Positions 19,557 to 30,069 of a stretch of DNA of 64,000 bases are shown here, piece by piece. The position numbers were made by a program, and so were the translations under genes. This DNA is from an uncultured SAR86 cluster bacterium (GTDB lineage: Bacteria > Pseudomonadota > Gammaproteobacteria > Magnimaribacterales > AG-339-G14). Numbering within the stretch: position 1 is the stretch's first letter; every line of letters begins with the position of its first letter. A model generated the notes under the pieces. The model saw nothing but the letters and a program-made list of their open reading frames with translations. It searched no databases and was not told where the DNA came from. The stretch spans positions 5,372 to 69,371 of the forward strand of contig CACEVU010000001.1 of assembly GCA_902563105.1 (NCBI GenBank), in the 5' to 3' direction.

Positions 19557-20258
19557 ATGAGAATACCACGGATTTTTCTCGATCAGGAACTTACAAAAAA
19601 CAAAAGTTACAAACTAGATAAAGAAATTTTTCACCACCTTTTAGTTATAAAAAAAAGAGAAGGAGACAAGATAGAAGTATTTAATTCGAAAGGGCAATTC
19701 CTCGAAGCATCTATTTCCCTAATAAACAAAAAAACTTGTGAAATTTTTTCAACAGGTGAGACAAAGATTCAAGAAAAAACCTTCCCAAAAATCTCATTAG
19801 GTATTTCTGAAATAAAAAACTTTGAAAAAATTTTAAATGAAGTGACTCAATTGGGAGTTTATCGAGTTGACTGCTTATTATCTGAAAGATCAAAGTTTTT
19901 GAAAAAACCTTCAGAAAAAAAAATAGAAAGATGGAAAAAGGTTGTAACGGGAGCATGTGAACAATCCGGAAATAATTGGATGCCACAAATTGGACATAAG
20001 AGCTTAGATGAATGGCAAATAGAAATACCATCGGAAAATAAGTTTTATCTAAATCCAGGAGAGAATAAAAATATTGAATCCTTGTCGAAGATGGATGAAA
20101 TTTACATTTCCATAGGCCCAGAAGGAGGCTTTTCAACTAAGGAAATTGATAAAATGAAATCCAATGGTTTTGAAGGTATCTCTCTTGGAGAGTTAGTCAT
20201 CAAAACAGAAACAGTACCTACTGTATTATTGTCAATGTTAAAAATTTTAAATAAATAG
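19557..20258 (+). CDS. rsmE: 16S rRNA (uracil1498-N3)-methyltransferase RsmE
   Basis: 233 aa. The sequence starts MRIPRIF and carries the C-terminal GPEGGFSTKEI motif. It lies upstream of gshB, as is common. Confidence 0.8.
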   Translation: MRIPRIFLDQELTKNKSYKLDKEIFHHLLVIKKREGDKIEVFNSKGQFLEASISLINKKTCEIFSTGETKIQEKTFPKISLGISEIKNFEKILNEVTQLGVYRVDCLLSERSKFLKKPSEKKIERWKKVVTGACEQSGNNWMPQIGHKSLDEWQIEIPSENKFYLNPGENKNIESLSKMDEIYISIGPEGGFSTKEIDKMKSNGFEGISLGELVIKTETVPTVLLSMLKILNK

Positions 20259-20259
20259 A

Positions 20260-21195
20260 ATGAAACTAGCTTTTGTAATGGATCCCATCTCTCAGATTTC
20301 TTATAAAAAAGATTCTACTTTAGCTATGATGGTTGAGGCTCAAGAAAAAGGGCATGAAATTTTTTACATTGAGCCAAATTGTCTTTTTTTTAATTCTAAC
20401 AAACCTTGTGCAGAATTTTCTCCTATCTCAGTTAAATATGAAGAATCTAGCTGGTATGAAAAAGGTGAAAATAACATCTTATCTTTAGATTTCTTTGATG
20501 CGATATTGATGAGACAAGATCCTCCTTTCGATATGGACTACATAAATAACACTTATATATTGGAAGCTGCTACAAAATTGGGAGTCAAAGTATTCAATGA
20601 TCCAAAAGCCCTAAGAGATAACAATGAAAAATTGGCAATTCTTCATTATCCCTCTTTGATTACCGATACCATAGTGTCTTCTTCAAAAGAGATTATTAAA
20701 GATTTTATTGATAAAAATTCCGAAGTAGTTATTAAACCTTTAGGTTTGATGGGAGGGGAAGGGATCAGAAGACTTCATCATGAAGACTCAGATCTTCTTG
20801 AAACTCTTGACTTGATTAATCAAAAAAAAGAAAAAATGATGGTACAAAAATTCATTCCTGAAGTATTTGAAGGAGATAAAAGAGTTATTCTAATTTCAGG
20901 TGAAGCTTGCGGTTTTTCTGTGACCAGGATTCCTCAAGGAGATGAATTCCGTGGAAATCTTGCTGCTGGAGGAAAGGCAGAAGTAAGAGAGTTGAATGCC
21001 AGAGACCTTGAGATTGTAAATGCCATAAAACCCAAACTAGTCGAACAGGGTATTTTAGTTGCTGGAATAGATATATTGGGATCCTTTCTTACTGAAATAA
21101 ACATCACGAGCCCCACTTGTTTTAGAGAATTGTATGATCAAAAAGGCATAAACCTTGCCAAGAACCTAATTCAAGAGATAGAAAAAACCTTTTGA
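20260..21195 (+). CDS. gshB: Glutathione synthetase
   Basis: 311 aa. The N-terminus MKLAFVMDPISQISYKKDSTLAMMVEAQEKGHEIFY parallels E. coli GshB. ATP-grasp motifs follow (VIKPLGLMGGEGI, GDKRV, RGNLAAGG). Confidence 0.9.
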   Translation: MKLAFVMDPISQISYKKDSTLAMMVEAQEKGHEIFYIEPNCLFFNSNKPCAEFSPISVKYEESSWYEKGENNILSLDFFDAILMRQDPPFDMDYINNTYILEAATKLGVKVFNDPKALRDNNEKLAILHYPSLITDTIVSSSKEIIKDFIDKNSEVVIKPLGLMGGEGIRRLHHEDSDLLETLDLINQKKEKMMVQKFIPEVFEGDKRVILISGEACGFSVTRIPQGDEFRGNLAAGGKAEVRELNARDLEIVNAIKPKLVEQGILVAGIDILGSFLTEINITSPTCFRELYDQKGINLAKNLIQEIEKTF

Positions 21196-21617
21196 TGGCA
21201 AATATTTTAGGCATAGATTATGGAAAAAAATACATTGGTTATGCCATCGGTAACGACATTACACTTACTTCCTCTACTAAAGGAACAATTATTTATAAAA
21301 ATCAAAAAAAACTCTTTCAAGGCCTACAAGATTTAGTAAACGGGTGGGAAATAAAATTGATTATTTTAGGACTCCCAATAAATATGGATGACACAGAAAG
21401 CAAAATGTCTAAAGAGGTAAGAAGTTTTAAGGAAAAAATTGAAAAATTTTTAAACATAAAATGTAAACTTCATGACGAGAGACTATCCTCTTTTGAGGCA
21501 AAGCAGCAAATGGATATAATAAAAAAAAATAAGACTCAACCTAATCCAGGAATTGATGCCTTTGCTGCTCAGGTTATTTTGGAATCTTGGTTAAGAGAAA
21601 AAAGTAGAAATGTCTGA
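21192..21617 (+). CDS. ruvX: Putative pre-16S rRNA nuclease / Holliday junction resolvase-like YqgF (RuvX)
   Basis: 141 aa. Motifs ILGIDYGKKYIGYAIG and GLPINMDD are present. It overlaps gshB by 4 nt and dnaG by 8 nt. Confidence 0.8.
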   Translation: MMANILGIDYGKKYIGYAIGNDITLTSSTKGTIIYKNQKKLFQGLQDLVNGWEIKLIILGLPINMDDTESKMSKEVRSFKEKIEKFLNIKCKLHDERLSSFEAKQQMDIIKKNKTQPNPGIDAFAAQVILESWLREKSRNV

Positions 21618-23358
21618 TTTCATTCCTGAAGATTTTATTCAAAAAGTCCTTGAGGACTCAGATATTGTCTCTCTTGTTGATTCTTATGTTCCTTTAAAAA
21701 GAAAAGGCAAAGACCATTGGGCCCAGTGTCCTTTTTGCGATGATGGTAGTAACCCATCATTTAGCGTGAGTGATCAAAAACAATTTTACTATTGTTTTAA
21801 ATGTAGAGCTTCAGGCAATGCTATTGGCTTTTTGATGAATTATCAGTCAAAAGATTTTGTTGGGGCTGTGGAAATTTTAGCTAAAAACCTTGGTTTGGAA
21901 ATTCCAAGGACTAAATCAAACTACGACAGGGAAAAATTTGACGAATTATTCAGTTTTAATGATGAGGCTAAAAACTTTTATAAAAATAATCTTTTAAAAC
22001 TAAAGGATGGAGAGCAAATTAGGTCTTATTTGAAGGAAAGAGGAATTTCAGAAGAAATCTCAAAGGAGTTTGAACTGGGTTTAAGTTTGGAAGGCTGGGA
22101 TAATCTCGTTAAACATTTTGAATCGAAAAAGATTGAAGCCAAGGAATCTTCAAAACTTTTTAAAATTACTAAAAATGAAAGACTGTACGATGTCTTTAGA
22201 AATAGATTAATCTTTCCTATTGCTTCTCGAAGAAAAAAAATCGTAGGCTTTGGGGGCAGAGTTTTAGATGATGCCGATCAACCTAAATATTTAAATACTC
22301 CGGAATCAGAAGTATTTAAAAAAAGCAGAGAGCTTTATGGGCTTCCGAATGTTTTAGAAAGAAATTCAAGACCAAAACAGATTTTGGTGGTGGAAGGCTA
22401 TATGGATGTCTTGGCTTGTTTTAGTTTTGACTTACCTTTTGCAGTTGCAACTTTAGGAATTGCGACAAATAAATTCCATTTAGAAACTCTTTTTCAAAAA
22501 ACAGATGAAGTGATTTTTTGTTTTGATGGAGATGAAGCTGGAAGAAACGCTTCAAAACTAGCTCTTGAAATATCTATCTCGGTAGTGAAAGATGGGAAAA
22601 GAGTAAAATTTTTATTCCTTCCAGAAAAGCATGATCCAGCTAGCCTTCTCCTAGAAAAAGGAAAGGAGGAATTATCTGGGCTGATAATTAATGCAACAAA
22701 TCTTTCGGACTACTTATTTGAAAGTATTCTCGAAAAGCATGACAGTTCTTTGGAGGCAAAAGCTGCTGCCTCCAAAGAGTTTATTGCTTCTGTTAAGCCT
22801 ATGCAGGAAGGTAACTTTAAAAATATCTTGATCAAAGAGTTTTCTAAAAAAATGGATATTGATCTAAGTGCAATTTCCCCAACAAAACAGGAAGCTAAAA
22901 AACATTCTCAACCAGAAGATACACAAATGGAATTAAGCAAAGTCACAAAGAGTTTGATTAAATGCATTATTCATAATCCAGAATTAGCTAAATCAGAACA
23001 TTTGGATTTTTTTGTAGATAATAATGAGTTCTTAATAAGCCCATTAATTTCTTTCTTGAGAGTTAAATCAGAAATATCTTTTCCTATGATCATTCAAGAG
23101 TTTCCTGATCAAAAAAATATCCTTATTGATCTTTCTAATGATCAAAACTTAATCAGTCCTGATGAAGGTCTGAAGTTTATCAAGCAGGCGGTGGATTATA
23201 TTGACAGAAATCAAGGAGATAACTTATTACAAAAATTGAAGTTAAGGCATGAAAAAAAAGATTTAAATCCAAAAGAAAAAATAGAATTAAAGAAACTTCT
23301 GACTTCTAAATTTGAGCAGCTTTCTGAGGAAGATCTTTCCTTGTTAAAGAAGCTCTAA
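21610..23358 (+). CDS. dnaG: DNA primase
   Basis: 582 aa. It has the zinc ribbon CPFCDDGSNPSFSV...YYCFKC and the TOPRIM motifs VVEGYMDV and FDGDEAG. It lies directly upstream of rpoD. Confidence 0.92.
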   Translation: MSDFIPEDFIQKVLEDSDIVSLVDSYVPLKRKGKDHWAQCPFCDDGSNPSFSVSDQKQFYYCFKCRASGNAIGFLMNYQSKDFVGAVEILAKNLGLEIPRTKSNYDREKFDELFSFNDEAKNFYKNNLLKLKDGEQIRSYLKERGISEEISKEFELGLSLEGWDNLVKHFESKKIEAKESSKLFKITKNERLYDVFRNRLIFPIASRRKKIVGFGGRVLDDADQPKYLNTPESEVFKKSRELYGLPNVLERNSRPKQILVVEGYMDVLACFSFDLPFAVATLGIATNKFHLETLFQKTDEVIFCFDGDEAGRNASKLALEISISVVKDGKRVKFLFLPEKHDPASLLLEKGKEELSGLIINATNLSDYLFESILEKHDSSLEAKAAASKEFIASVKPMQEGNFKNILIKEFSKKMDIDLSAISPTKQEAKKHSQPEDTQMELSKVTKSLIKCIIHNPELAKSEHLDFFVDNNEFLISPLISFLRVKSEISFPMIIQEFPDQKNILIDLSNDQNLISPDEGLKFIKQAVDYIDRNQGDNLLQKLKLRHEKKDLNPKEKIELKKLLTSKFEQLSEEDLSLLKKL

Positions 23359-23415
23359 AGGTTAAAATAAAATAGTTAAGACATTCAAACTTATATATAA
23401 TCAACCTCCCAAAAT

Positions 23416-25200
23416 ATGATTGACGACGATTTAGATAATAGTGGGTTAAGAGAGCTCATAGAAAAAGGCAGAGAACAGGGATTTATTACCTTTGCTGACA
23501 TCAACGACTATTTACCAGATGAAGTTTCTGACCCTGATCAGTTAGAAGAAGTAATACAAATTATTAATGATTTAGGCCTTCAGGTGCTCGAAGAGGCTCC
23601 AGAAGAAGGTTCAAACTTTTCACCAGCTGCACAGGCTGCACCTGAAGCTCCCACTGAGAATGAAATGGGCACCATTGAGTCAGAAGTTGGAAGAACTACT
23701 GATCCTGTAAGACTTTATATGAGAGAAATGGGTTCGGTTGATCTTTTAACAAGAGAAGGTGAAATTGCCATTGCAAAAAGGATCGAAGAAGGAGCAAGAG
23801 ATCTTCTCCATGCTTGCGCATTTTATCCTGGAATTTTGGAAGATGTTTTATTGGAATATGAGCTCATAAAAAAAGAGGATAAAAGGATAACGGACCTCGT
23901 CGTTGGCTTCATGGATGAAGAAGAAGATATTCCACCCTCGGCAGCAGAAATCAAAGCAGATGCTGATGACGATGAAGAAGAAGATGTTGGAATAAATATG
24001 GAAGAACTCAGTAAGAGATTTTCATCAATTAAACGTCAATACAATAAATCTCAGAAAATGATTGATTCCTCCGGAAGAGATAGTGAAAAAGCTCAAAAAG
24101 AATTAGACAAATTAGGTCAAGTTTTTAAATATCTTAAACTTTCGCCAAAAAGATTTGAAACAATATCGTTAACAGCTAGGGCATTAGCAAAAGCTATCAG
24201 AGACGCAGAAAGGGAAATTTACGATATCTGCACACAAGATTGCAACATGCCTCGAAAAGATTTCTTGGAGATTTTTAGAGACAATCAAACTAACTTCAAA
24301 TTTTTAGATAGCACAATCCGATCCAAAAAAAATTATGCAAAACTTCTCAAGGACGTTAAAGAAGATGTAAATAAAATCCAAAAAAGAATCATATCTCTTA
24401 CCAATAATGTAGGTATGAATGTTGAGGAGCTCAAAGATATTACATCGAAGATGACTAAAGGTGAAACCAAAATCAGAAGAGCCAAAAAAGATATGATTGA
24501 GGCTAATTTAAGATTGGTTATTTCTATAGCTAAGAAATATACGAATAGAGGCCTTCAATTCCTTGACCTTATCCAAGAAGGAAATATTGGTCTAATGAAG
24601 GCCGTCGATAAATTCGAATACAGAAGGGGATACAAATTTTCAACTTATGCTACTTGGTGGATTAGACAGGCAATAACTAGATCTATAGCTGACCAAGCGA
24701 GGACTATTCGTATTCCAGTTCACATGATTGAAACTATCAATAAACTCAATAGAATCTCTCGACAAATGCTTCAAGAACATGGCAAGGAACCAACACCTGA
24801 AGAACTATCAGAAAAAATGGACATGCCTGAAGAAAAAATAAGAAAGGTGTTAAAAATTGCTAAAGAGCCAATCTCTACTGAAACTCCTATTGGAGATGAA
24901 GACGACACAACACTTGGAGATTTTATTGAAGATCCCCTGCAGGACTCCCCAATAGATGCCGCAACAGAAAACAACCTTCATGATGCCACCGATGGTGTCT
25001 TATCTAGTTTAACTGCTAGAGAGGCAAAAGTTTTAAGAATGAGATTTGGTATTGGTATGAATACTGATCACACTTTGGAGGAGGTTGGCAAACAGTTTGA
25101 TGTTACTCGAGAGAGAATTAGGCAGATTGAGGCTAAAGCTTTGAGAAAGCTAAGACATCCTTCTAGATCAGGACATCTTAAAACCTTTTTAGACGAGTAA
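23416..25200 (+). CDS. rpoD: RNA polymerase sigma factor RpoD (sigma-70)
   Basis: 594 aa. Region 2 reads [46 protein letters not shown]. Region 4 reads [29 protein letters not shown]. Confidence 0.95.
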   Translation: MIDDDLDNSGLRELIEKGREQGFITFADINDYLPDEVSDPDQLEEVIQIINDLGLQVLEEAPEEGSNFSPAAQAAPEAPTENEMGTIESEVGRTTDPVRLYMREMGSVDLLTREGEIAIAKRIEEGARDLLHACAFYPGILEDVLLEYELIKKEDKRITDLVVGFMDEEEDIPPSAAEIKADADDDEEEDVGINMEELSKRFSSIKRQYNKSQKMIDSSGRDSEKAQKELDKLGQVFKYLKLSPKRFETISLTARALAKAIRDAEREIYDICTQDCNMPRKDFLEIFRDNQTNFKFLDSTIRSKKNYAKLLKDVKEDVNKIQKRIISLTNNVGMNVEELKDITSKMTKGETKIRRAKKDMIEANLRLVISIAKKYTNRGLQFLDLIQEGNIGLMKAVDKFEYRRGYKFSTYATWWIRQAITRSIADQARTIRIPVHMIETINKLNRISRQMLQEHGKEPTPEELSEKMDMPEEKIRKVLKIAKEPISTETPIGDEDDTTLGDFIEDPLQDSPIDAATENNLHDATDGVLSSLTAREAKVLRMRFGIGMNTDHTLEEVGKQFDVTRERIRQIEAKALRKLRHPSRSGHLKTFLDE

Positions 25201-25227
25201 TTTCATCAAGAATGACAAAAACTTCAA

Positions 25228-25304
<77 letters not shown>

Positions 25305-25430
25305 CTTTCAAATAGATTTTTTAAGTATGTTTCCAAGCAGGGAAGGGATCATTCAAAGATTCCCAATATTCTCCCTTTTAGTAGTTCTTCTTCCTTGTCA
25401 AGCGTAAATATTATTAAGAAATTAAATATA

Positions 25431-25961
25431 TTAAGAAATAGCTCTTCGCCAGGAAACTTTCTTCATTTTTCTTTCTTCAGATGAAAGTATTTTTATTTTG
25501 AAATCGTCTCGGATATCTGAAATTTTCTTATGGAGAAGTTCTTCCGATAAAAAATAAGTCCATTTTTTCATTTTTATGGCTCTAAAAATTATTTTGGGCC
25601 ATTTAAGTAAAATAACTTTTATGTAGAGATATGTCATTCTTAAATAGCCAACTTCTTTGACAAGGGCATAGACTTTTTCATTTGTCTCTTTTAGTTCAAA
25701 GGAACCTTTAAAATAATTTTTAATAAGTTTAAAAGAGTCTCCTCCAAAAAAAAGCCAACAATCTAGCATTGCTTCTTCCTCTAAAGAGGTATCTAAGCCA
25801 AAGATCACATGTGTTGCGTCATGACATAAAATGTTAAATCTCTCTTCCTCGGAACAATTTTCTCCTAACAAATAACGATTATTTTTCTTTAAATAACTTC
25901 TGTATTCTTTAATTCCTTCTTCTAAGGTGAGATCACAAAATTGAGTCTGAAAAATTAACAT
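25431..25961 (-). CDS. COQ4-like protein (HDxxH...E motif), function unknown in bacteria
   Basis: 176 aa. CHDATHVIFGLDTSLEEE aligns by eye with the eukaryotic COQ4 signature HDLWHTLFGLPTNLIGE (HDxxH-x11-E putative zinc site). Confidence 0.5.
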   Translation of the reverse strand: MLIFQTQFCDLTLEEGIKEYRSYLKKNNRYLLGENCSEEERFNILCHDATHVIFGLDTSLEEEAMLDCWLFFGGDSFKLIKNYFKGSFELKETNEKVYALVKEVGYLRMTYLYIKVILLKWPKIIFRAIKMKKWTYFLSEELLHKKISDIRDDFKIKILSSEERKMKKVSWRRAIS

Positions 25962-25983
25962 TTATAAATTATAAATTTAAAAA

Positions 25984-27195
25984 TCAATGTTTTCCAAGTT
26001 CATATCTAGCTATTGTTCTTCTATGAACTTCATCAGGCCCGTCGCCAATTCTCAAATACCTTACTGAGGCATAAAGACTTGCAAGTGGAGTATCTTGAGA
26101 AACTCCGGCTCCTCCATGAATTTGAATGGCTTTATCTATGACTCTAGTTGCCATTAGAGGTACTGCAACTTTTATTTGTGCAATTAAACTCTTCGCAATC
26201 TTATTGCCTGCAGTATCCATCATGTGAGCCGCTTTTAAAGTCATTAATCTGCACATTTCAATTTCTATTCTGCAGTCAGCAATGACATCGTAATTACCTC
26301 CCAATTCAGCCAGTGGTTTGCCAAAAGCTTTCCTTTCAAGAGAACGCTTACAAAGCAAATCTAAAGCTCTTTCTGCTATACCTATAATTCTCATACAATG
26401 ATGAATTCTGCCTGGTCCAAGTCTTCCTTGTGCAATTTCAAATCCTCTGCCTTCACCTAGTATCAAATTTTCTTTTGGCACTCTAACGTTTGTAAACTTA
26501 AGATGTGCGTGTCCATTAGGCGCGTGATCAGCTCCATAAACATTAAGCATTCTTATATTCTCTATACCTTCTGCATTAGTCGGAACTAAAATTTGTGATT
26601 GCCTTTGATGTTTCGGATTATCAGGATTAGTCACTCCCATGAAGATCATAATTTTGCAATCAGGTCGACCGAATCCTGAAGTCCACCATTTCTCACCATT
26701 AATAACATATTCGTTTTCGGTTTCTTCAATTCTACTTTCTATATTGGTAGCGTCTGAAGATGCAACATTTGGCTCTGTCATAGCAAAAGCAGATCTAATT
26801 TTTCCTTCCAACAAGGGGTTTAGCCATTTTTCTTTTTGATATTCAGATCCAAATTTATCTAAAACTTCCATATTTCCTGTATCAGGCGCAGAACAATTAA
26901 ACACTTCTGACGCAAAACCTACTTTTCCCATGATCTCTGCTAACGGAGCATATTCCAAGTTGGTAAGTCCATATCCATTCTCACTTTCAGGGAGAAAGAA
27001 ATTCCATAAACCTAATTCCTTTGCTTGTTTTTTTAATCTCGACAAGACATCAGGTATTTGCCAGGGATTACCAGCATTACGAAAAGCCTTCATTTCTTTT
27101 TCATATTTCTCTTCAGCGGGATAAATGTGTTCCTGCATGAAGTCATCAACTTTTCTAATTAATTCTTGTGTTTTACTTGTATGTTGTAATTTCAT
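25984..27195 (-). CDS. Acyl-CoA dehydrogenase (ACAD10/11-like / FadE family)
   Basis: 403 aa. It shows the typical three-domain ACAD pattern ([40 protein letters not shown]). Confidence 0.85.
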   Translation of the reverse strand: MKLQHTSKTQELIRKVDDFMQEHIYPAEEKYEKEMKAFRNAGNPWQIPDVLSRLKKQAKELGLWNFFLPESENGYGLTNLEYAPLAEIMGKVGFASEVFNCSAPDTGNMEVLDKFGSEYQKEKWLNPLLEGKIRSAFAMTEPNVASSDATNIESRIEETENEYVINGEKWWTSGFGRPDCKIMIFMGVTNPDNPKHQRQSQILVPTNAEGIENIRMLNVYGADHAPNGHAHLKFTNVRVPKENLILGEGRGFEIAQGRLGPGRIHHCMRIIGIAERALDLLCKRSLERKAFGKPLAELGGNYDVIADCRIEIEMCRLMTLKAAHMMDTAGNKIAKSLIAQIKVAVPLMATRVIDKAIQIHGGAGVSQDTPLASLYASVRYLRIGDGPDEVHRRTIARYELGKH

Positions 27196-27265
27196 CTTTG
27201 ATAAAAGTCATTATATTGATATTTAAAAAGCTTTATCTTTATTAGGCTAAAATCATATTAGGGGA

Positions 27266-28354
27266 ATGATCATTAAATACATATCTTTATTTTTTATTTT
27301 TTTAGCAAACTTATCGTTTGCTAACTACCAATTCGAAACGATCGCATCGAATCTTGATGATCCTTGGAGTTTTGATTTTTTAAATAACGATAAAATAATT
27401 TTTACTGAACAACCTGGAAAGATAAAAATAATTACTGTTTCTTCTGGAGAAATTTCAGAAGTTAGCGGAGTGCCTAAGGTGCAATATGCTAGTCAAGGCG
27501 GATTATCAGAAATAGTTCTAGATCCAGACTTTGAAAAAAATAATACTTTATACCTTAGCTATTCAGCTCTAAATGAGAATGGTAAATCAACTCTATTTCT
27601 TATGTCTGCTGAACTGAATAACAATTCATTGGTTAACAAAAAAATTATTTTTGAAGCCGTTGCCTATAGAAGGGTGCCAATTCATTTGGGAGCAAAAATT
27701 GATTTTTTATCAGACGGGACAATTCTCTTAACGAGCGGTGATGGATTTGACTTCAAAGAAAAAGCACAAAACTTAGATAATCATTTTGGAAAAATTCTTA
27801 GAATAAATAAAGACGGTAGCATTCCCTCGGATAATCCCTTTGTTAGAAACGAAAATGCATTACCCGAGATTTATAGTTACGGTCACAGAAACATGCAAGG
27901 TCTTGTGGTGATGGGTGACGGTAAGATCTATGAACACGAGCATGGTCCAAGAGGAGGAGATGAATTTAATCTCGTTGAAGCGGGAAAAAATTTCGGCTGG
28001 CCCGCAATAACTTATGGCATTGATTATTCGGGCGCGGTGATCAGTCCCTTTACTAAGATGGATGGCATGGAACAACCGCTTAAATATTGGGTGCCATCGA
28101 TCGCTCCTTCAGATATGATTTATTATGAAGGTGATTTGTATCCTGACTTGAAAAACAGTTTCCTAATTACGGCTCTTGTCTCCAGAGATGTAAGAAAATT
28201 AAGGATTTCTGAAAATGGGATTTCTGAAGAAAGTTTATTCAAAGAACTCAAAAGTCGTTTGAGAAGTATTGGTGCCTCGCCTAAAGGGGAAATTTATCTG
28301 TTAACGGACGGCAGAAGAGGCAAATTATTGAAACTTGTTAATACAGAGCAGTGA
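27266..28354 (+). CDS. PQQ-dependent sugar (aldose/sorbosone) dehydrogenase, soluble periplasmic type (YliI-like)
   Basis: 362 aa with a signal peptide. Motifs SQGGLSEIVLDPDF, YGHRNMQGL, HGPRGGDEFN and NFGWP are typical of the beta-propeller sGDH family. Confidence 0.8.
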   Translation: MIIKYISLFFIFLANLSFANYQFETIASNLDDPWSFDFLNNDKIIFTEQPGKIKIITVSSGEISEVSGVPKVQYASQGGLSEIVLDPDFEKNNTLYLSYSALNENGKSTLFLMSAELNNNSLVNKKIIFEAVAYRRVPIHLGAKIDFLSDGTILLTSGDGFDFKEKAQNLDNHFGKILRINKDGSIPSDNPFVRNENALPEIYSYGHRNMQGLVVMGDGKIYEHEHGPRGGDEFNLVEAGKNFGWPAITYGIDYSGAVISPFTKMDGMEQPLKYWVPSIAPSDMIYYEGDLYPDLKNSFLITALVSRDVRKLRISENGISEESLFKELKSRLRSIGASPKGEIYLLTDGRRGKLLKLVNTEQ

Positions 28355-29178
28355 CTTTAGCTAAGTATCCTTTTGGAGTTCTTGTTGCGGCGCTTTTGAC
28401 TGTCGCTTTAACCACACCAATTTCCTCATTTGCAAACATATATTGGCTATCCTCTATGAATATGCCAATGAGCTTTGTTTCCGCCTTAGAAATAATTTTA
28501 TTTGATTTTCAAAGGTTAGGCATCTTGCTTTATGGAGTAATAATCGTTGAATTTGCTGTAGCTTTTTCTATAGCAGCGCTTATAAAAAAATATTTTTTTA
28601 ATAATAAGTATATTTATCCGCTTGCAGGGGCATTCATTACGGGATTTACATTATTTGTTATCGTTGAGTTAAATCAAACTGAAATTTTAAGTGGTAATAG
28701 AACAATTCTCGGAAAGACATTGCATTGTCTAGCAGGATTCATAGGAGGTTATTTTTTTGCTTGGCTGGTAGGCAAAGAAAGAAGATTGTCTTTTGCAATT
28801 AGATCTTTAGGAATAATTTATGCTTACCTCCTTATGGGCTTAGTTCTAAATTGGATTTTTACACCAATAAATGCAGCAGCCAATTTTGGCTTTGTTTTTA
28901 ATGAACTTGCTCCAAATGCTCAAAATGCCTTATTGCGAGATTTCTCCTCTTTCTTTCTAGCAACTTTTCTCTTTTCCATTCTAGGAGTAATCACTCTAAA
29001 TCCCGTATGGTTTTTTTCAGCGGGAATTGTTTATTTATTCGCGGGAATATTTAACCTAGTCGGAATATATGTCTACTTAACTGGATTCAACCAAATATTC
29101 ATTGGCGAATTCTTCTTAGGAATATTTCCAATTATTTTGGGATATTTGATTATTTACTCAAACAAGAAGTCAGATTAG
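28351..29178 (+). CDS. Polytopic inner-membrane protein, unknown function
   Basis: 275 aa with about 8 hydrophobic segments. The GTG start sits in a GTGA overlap with the stop of the PQQ-type dehydrogenase. I recognise no family motif. Confidence 0.6.
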   Translation: MTLAKYPFGVLVAALLTVALTTPISSFANIYWLSSMNMPMSFVSALEIILFDFQRLGILLYGVIIVEFAVAFSIAALIKKYFFNNKYIYPLAGAFITGFTLFVIVELNQTEILSGNRTILGKTLHCLAGFIGGYFFAWLVGKERRLSFAIRSLGIIYAYLLMGLVLNWIFTPINAAANFGFVFNELAPNAQNALLRDFSSFFLATFLFSILGVITLNPVWFFSAGIVYLFAGIFNLVGIYVYLTGFNQIFIGEFFLGIFPIILGYLIIYSNKKSD

Positions 29179-29583
29179 ATCAATCGGTTGAGCAGAGTGA
29201 AGCAAAGTTGCTACTAATTTATTGTCCTTGTTAAAAATTCGACCCTCAGAGGTTGAGCTTTTTCTTCCTAATTTTATTATTTTTACCTTAATTACTGCAG
29301 TTCCTTTTTCCAGAGGCCTATGAAATAAAACATGCAAATCGGTTGTCAGCGGCACTTTCTTTTCATCATATCCTGAAATCATCACCGCTGAAGTGGCATC
29401 ATCCAATGCTGCGGTAATCATTCCACCTTGCACAGAACCCATGGGATTAGAATAAGTATCTTTAAAATTACAAGTAAAGATTGATTCGCCTTCTTTGTTT
29501 TCAATATATTTTAGTTCAAGAAAATTTAGTGATTTACTAAAAAATTCTTTAGAAAATTTTTTTAATTTCTTATCAATTTCCAT
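29170..29583 (-). CDS. PaaI/4HBT-type hotdog-fold thioesterase
   Basis: 137 aa. The motif NPMGSVQGGMITAALDDATS is typical of PaaI-family thioesterases. Confidence 0.75.
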   Translation of the reverse strand: MEIDKKLKKFSKEFFSKSLNFLELKYIENKEGESIFTCNFKDTYSNPMGSVQGGMITAALDDATSAVMISGYDEKKVPLTTDLHVLFHRPLEKGTAVIKVKIIKLGRKSSTSEGRIFNKDNKLVATLLHSAQPIDLI

Positions 29584-29587
29584 ACTT

Positions 29588-29746
29588 TTATCTGATCAAC
29601 TCACTTATTATGCTGCCTAAAGCAATTACCGTAACTACGAACCATATTGAGCGACTATAGGGCTTTAAAGGACTGTCTTTCATTTTAGACGAAAACAACA
29701 CCATGTAAGTTGCCATTAACCAAGCTATCAATAAAAAATAAAACAT
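29588..29746 (-). CDS. Possible small (52 aa) two-helix membrane protein
   Basis: It falls below the ORF-track size cut-off. My translation reads MFYFLLIAWLMATYMVLFSSKMKDSPLKPYSRSIWFVVTVIALGSIISELIR*. It fits exactly between the DUF1330 gene (9-nt gap) and the thioesterase gene (4-nt gap). No Shine-Dalgarno sequence is seen. Confidence 0.35.
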   Translation of the reverse strand: MFYFLLIAWLMATYMVLFSSKMKDSPLKPYSRSIWFVVTVIALGSIISELIR

Positions 29747-29755
29747 ATTTTTAAA

Positions 29756-30052
29756 TCAATATCCTTCTACCACTGCATAAAGCCTAATGGCGCCTCCATC
29801 CAAGACAGCCAAAGCTTTTTGGTATCCTTCACTTTCGTATGCATCAAGGGCAATTTGATAAGAAGGAAATTCAACTACAACATTTCGCATAAATTCATCT
29901 CCTTCTTTGGTTTGCTGAAGCCCACCTCTAACAATGAACTTTCCATTATATTTATCTATAACTTCTTCAGCTAATTTACCGTAATTTTGTTGTTTGTCAG
30001 GTGCAACAACATTTGCTTTGGCTACCCAGTAACCCTTTTTTTCGTTGGTCAC
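29756..30052 (-). CDS. DUF1330 domain protein
   Basis: 98 aa. The pattern GYWVAKANV...YGKLAEEVIDKYNGKFIVRGG...VVVEFPSYQIALDAYESEGYQKA matches my recollection of the DUF1330 family pattern. Confidence 0.7.
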   Translation of the reverse strand: MTNEKKGYWVAKANVVAPDKQQNYGKLAEEVIDKYNGKFIVRGGLQQTKEGDEFMRNVVVEFPSYQIALDAYESEGYQKALAVLDGGAIRLYAVVEGY

Positions 30053-30069
30053 TTTTTAATCGGCAACAA

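Noticed and set aside
25305-25430. Possible terminator or small ORF (26 codons, MFPSREGIIQRF...) after the tRNA.
   Set aside because: Only weak alternative pairings exist (GGGAA/TTCCC, AAGGGA/TCCCTT), with long loops. The ORF lacks a ribosome-binding site and any recognisable feature.
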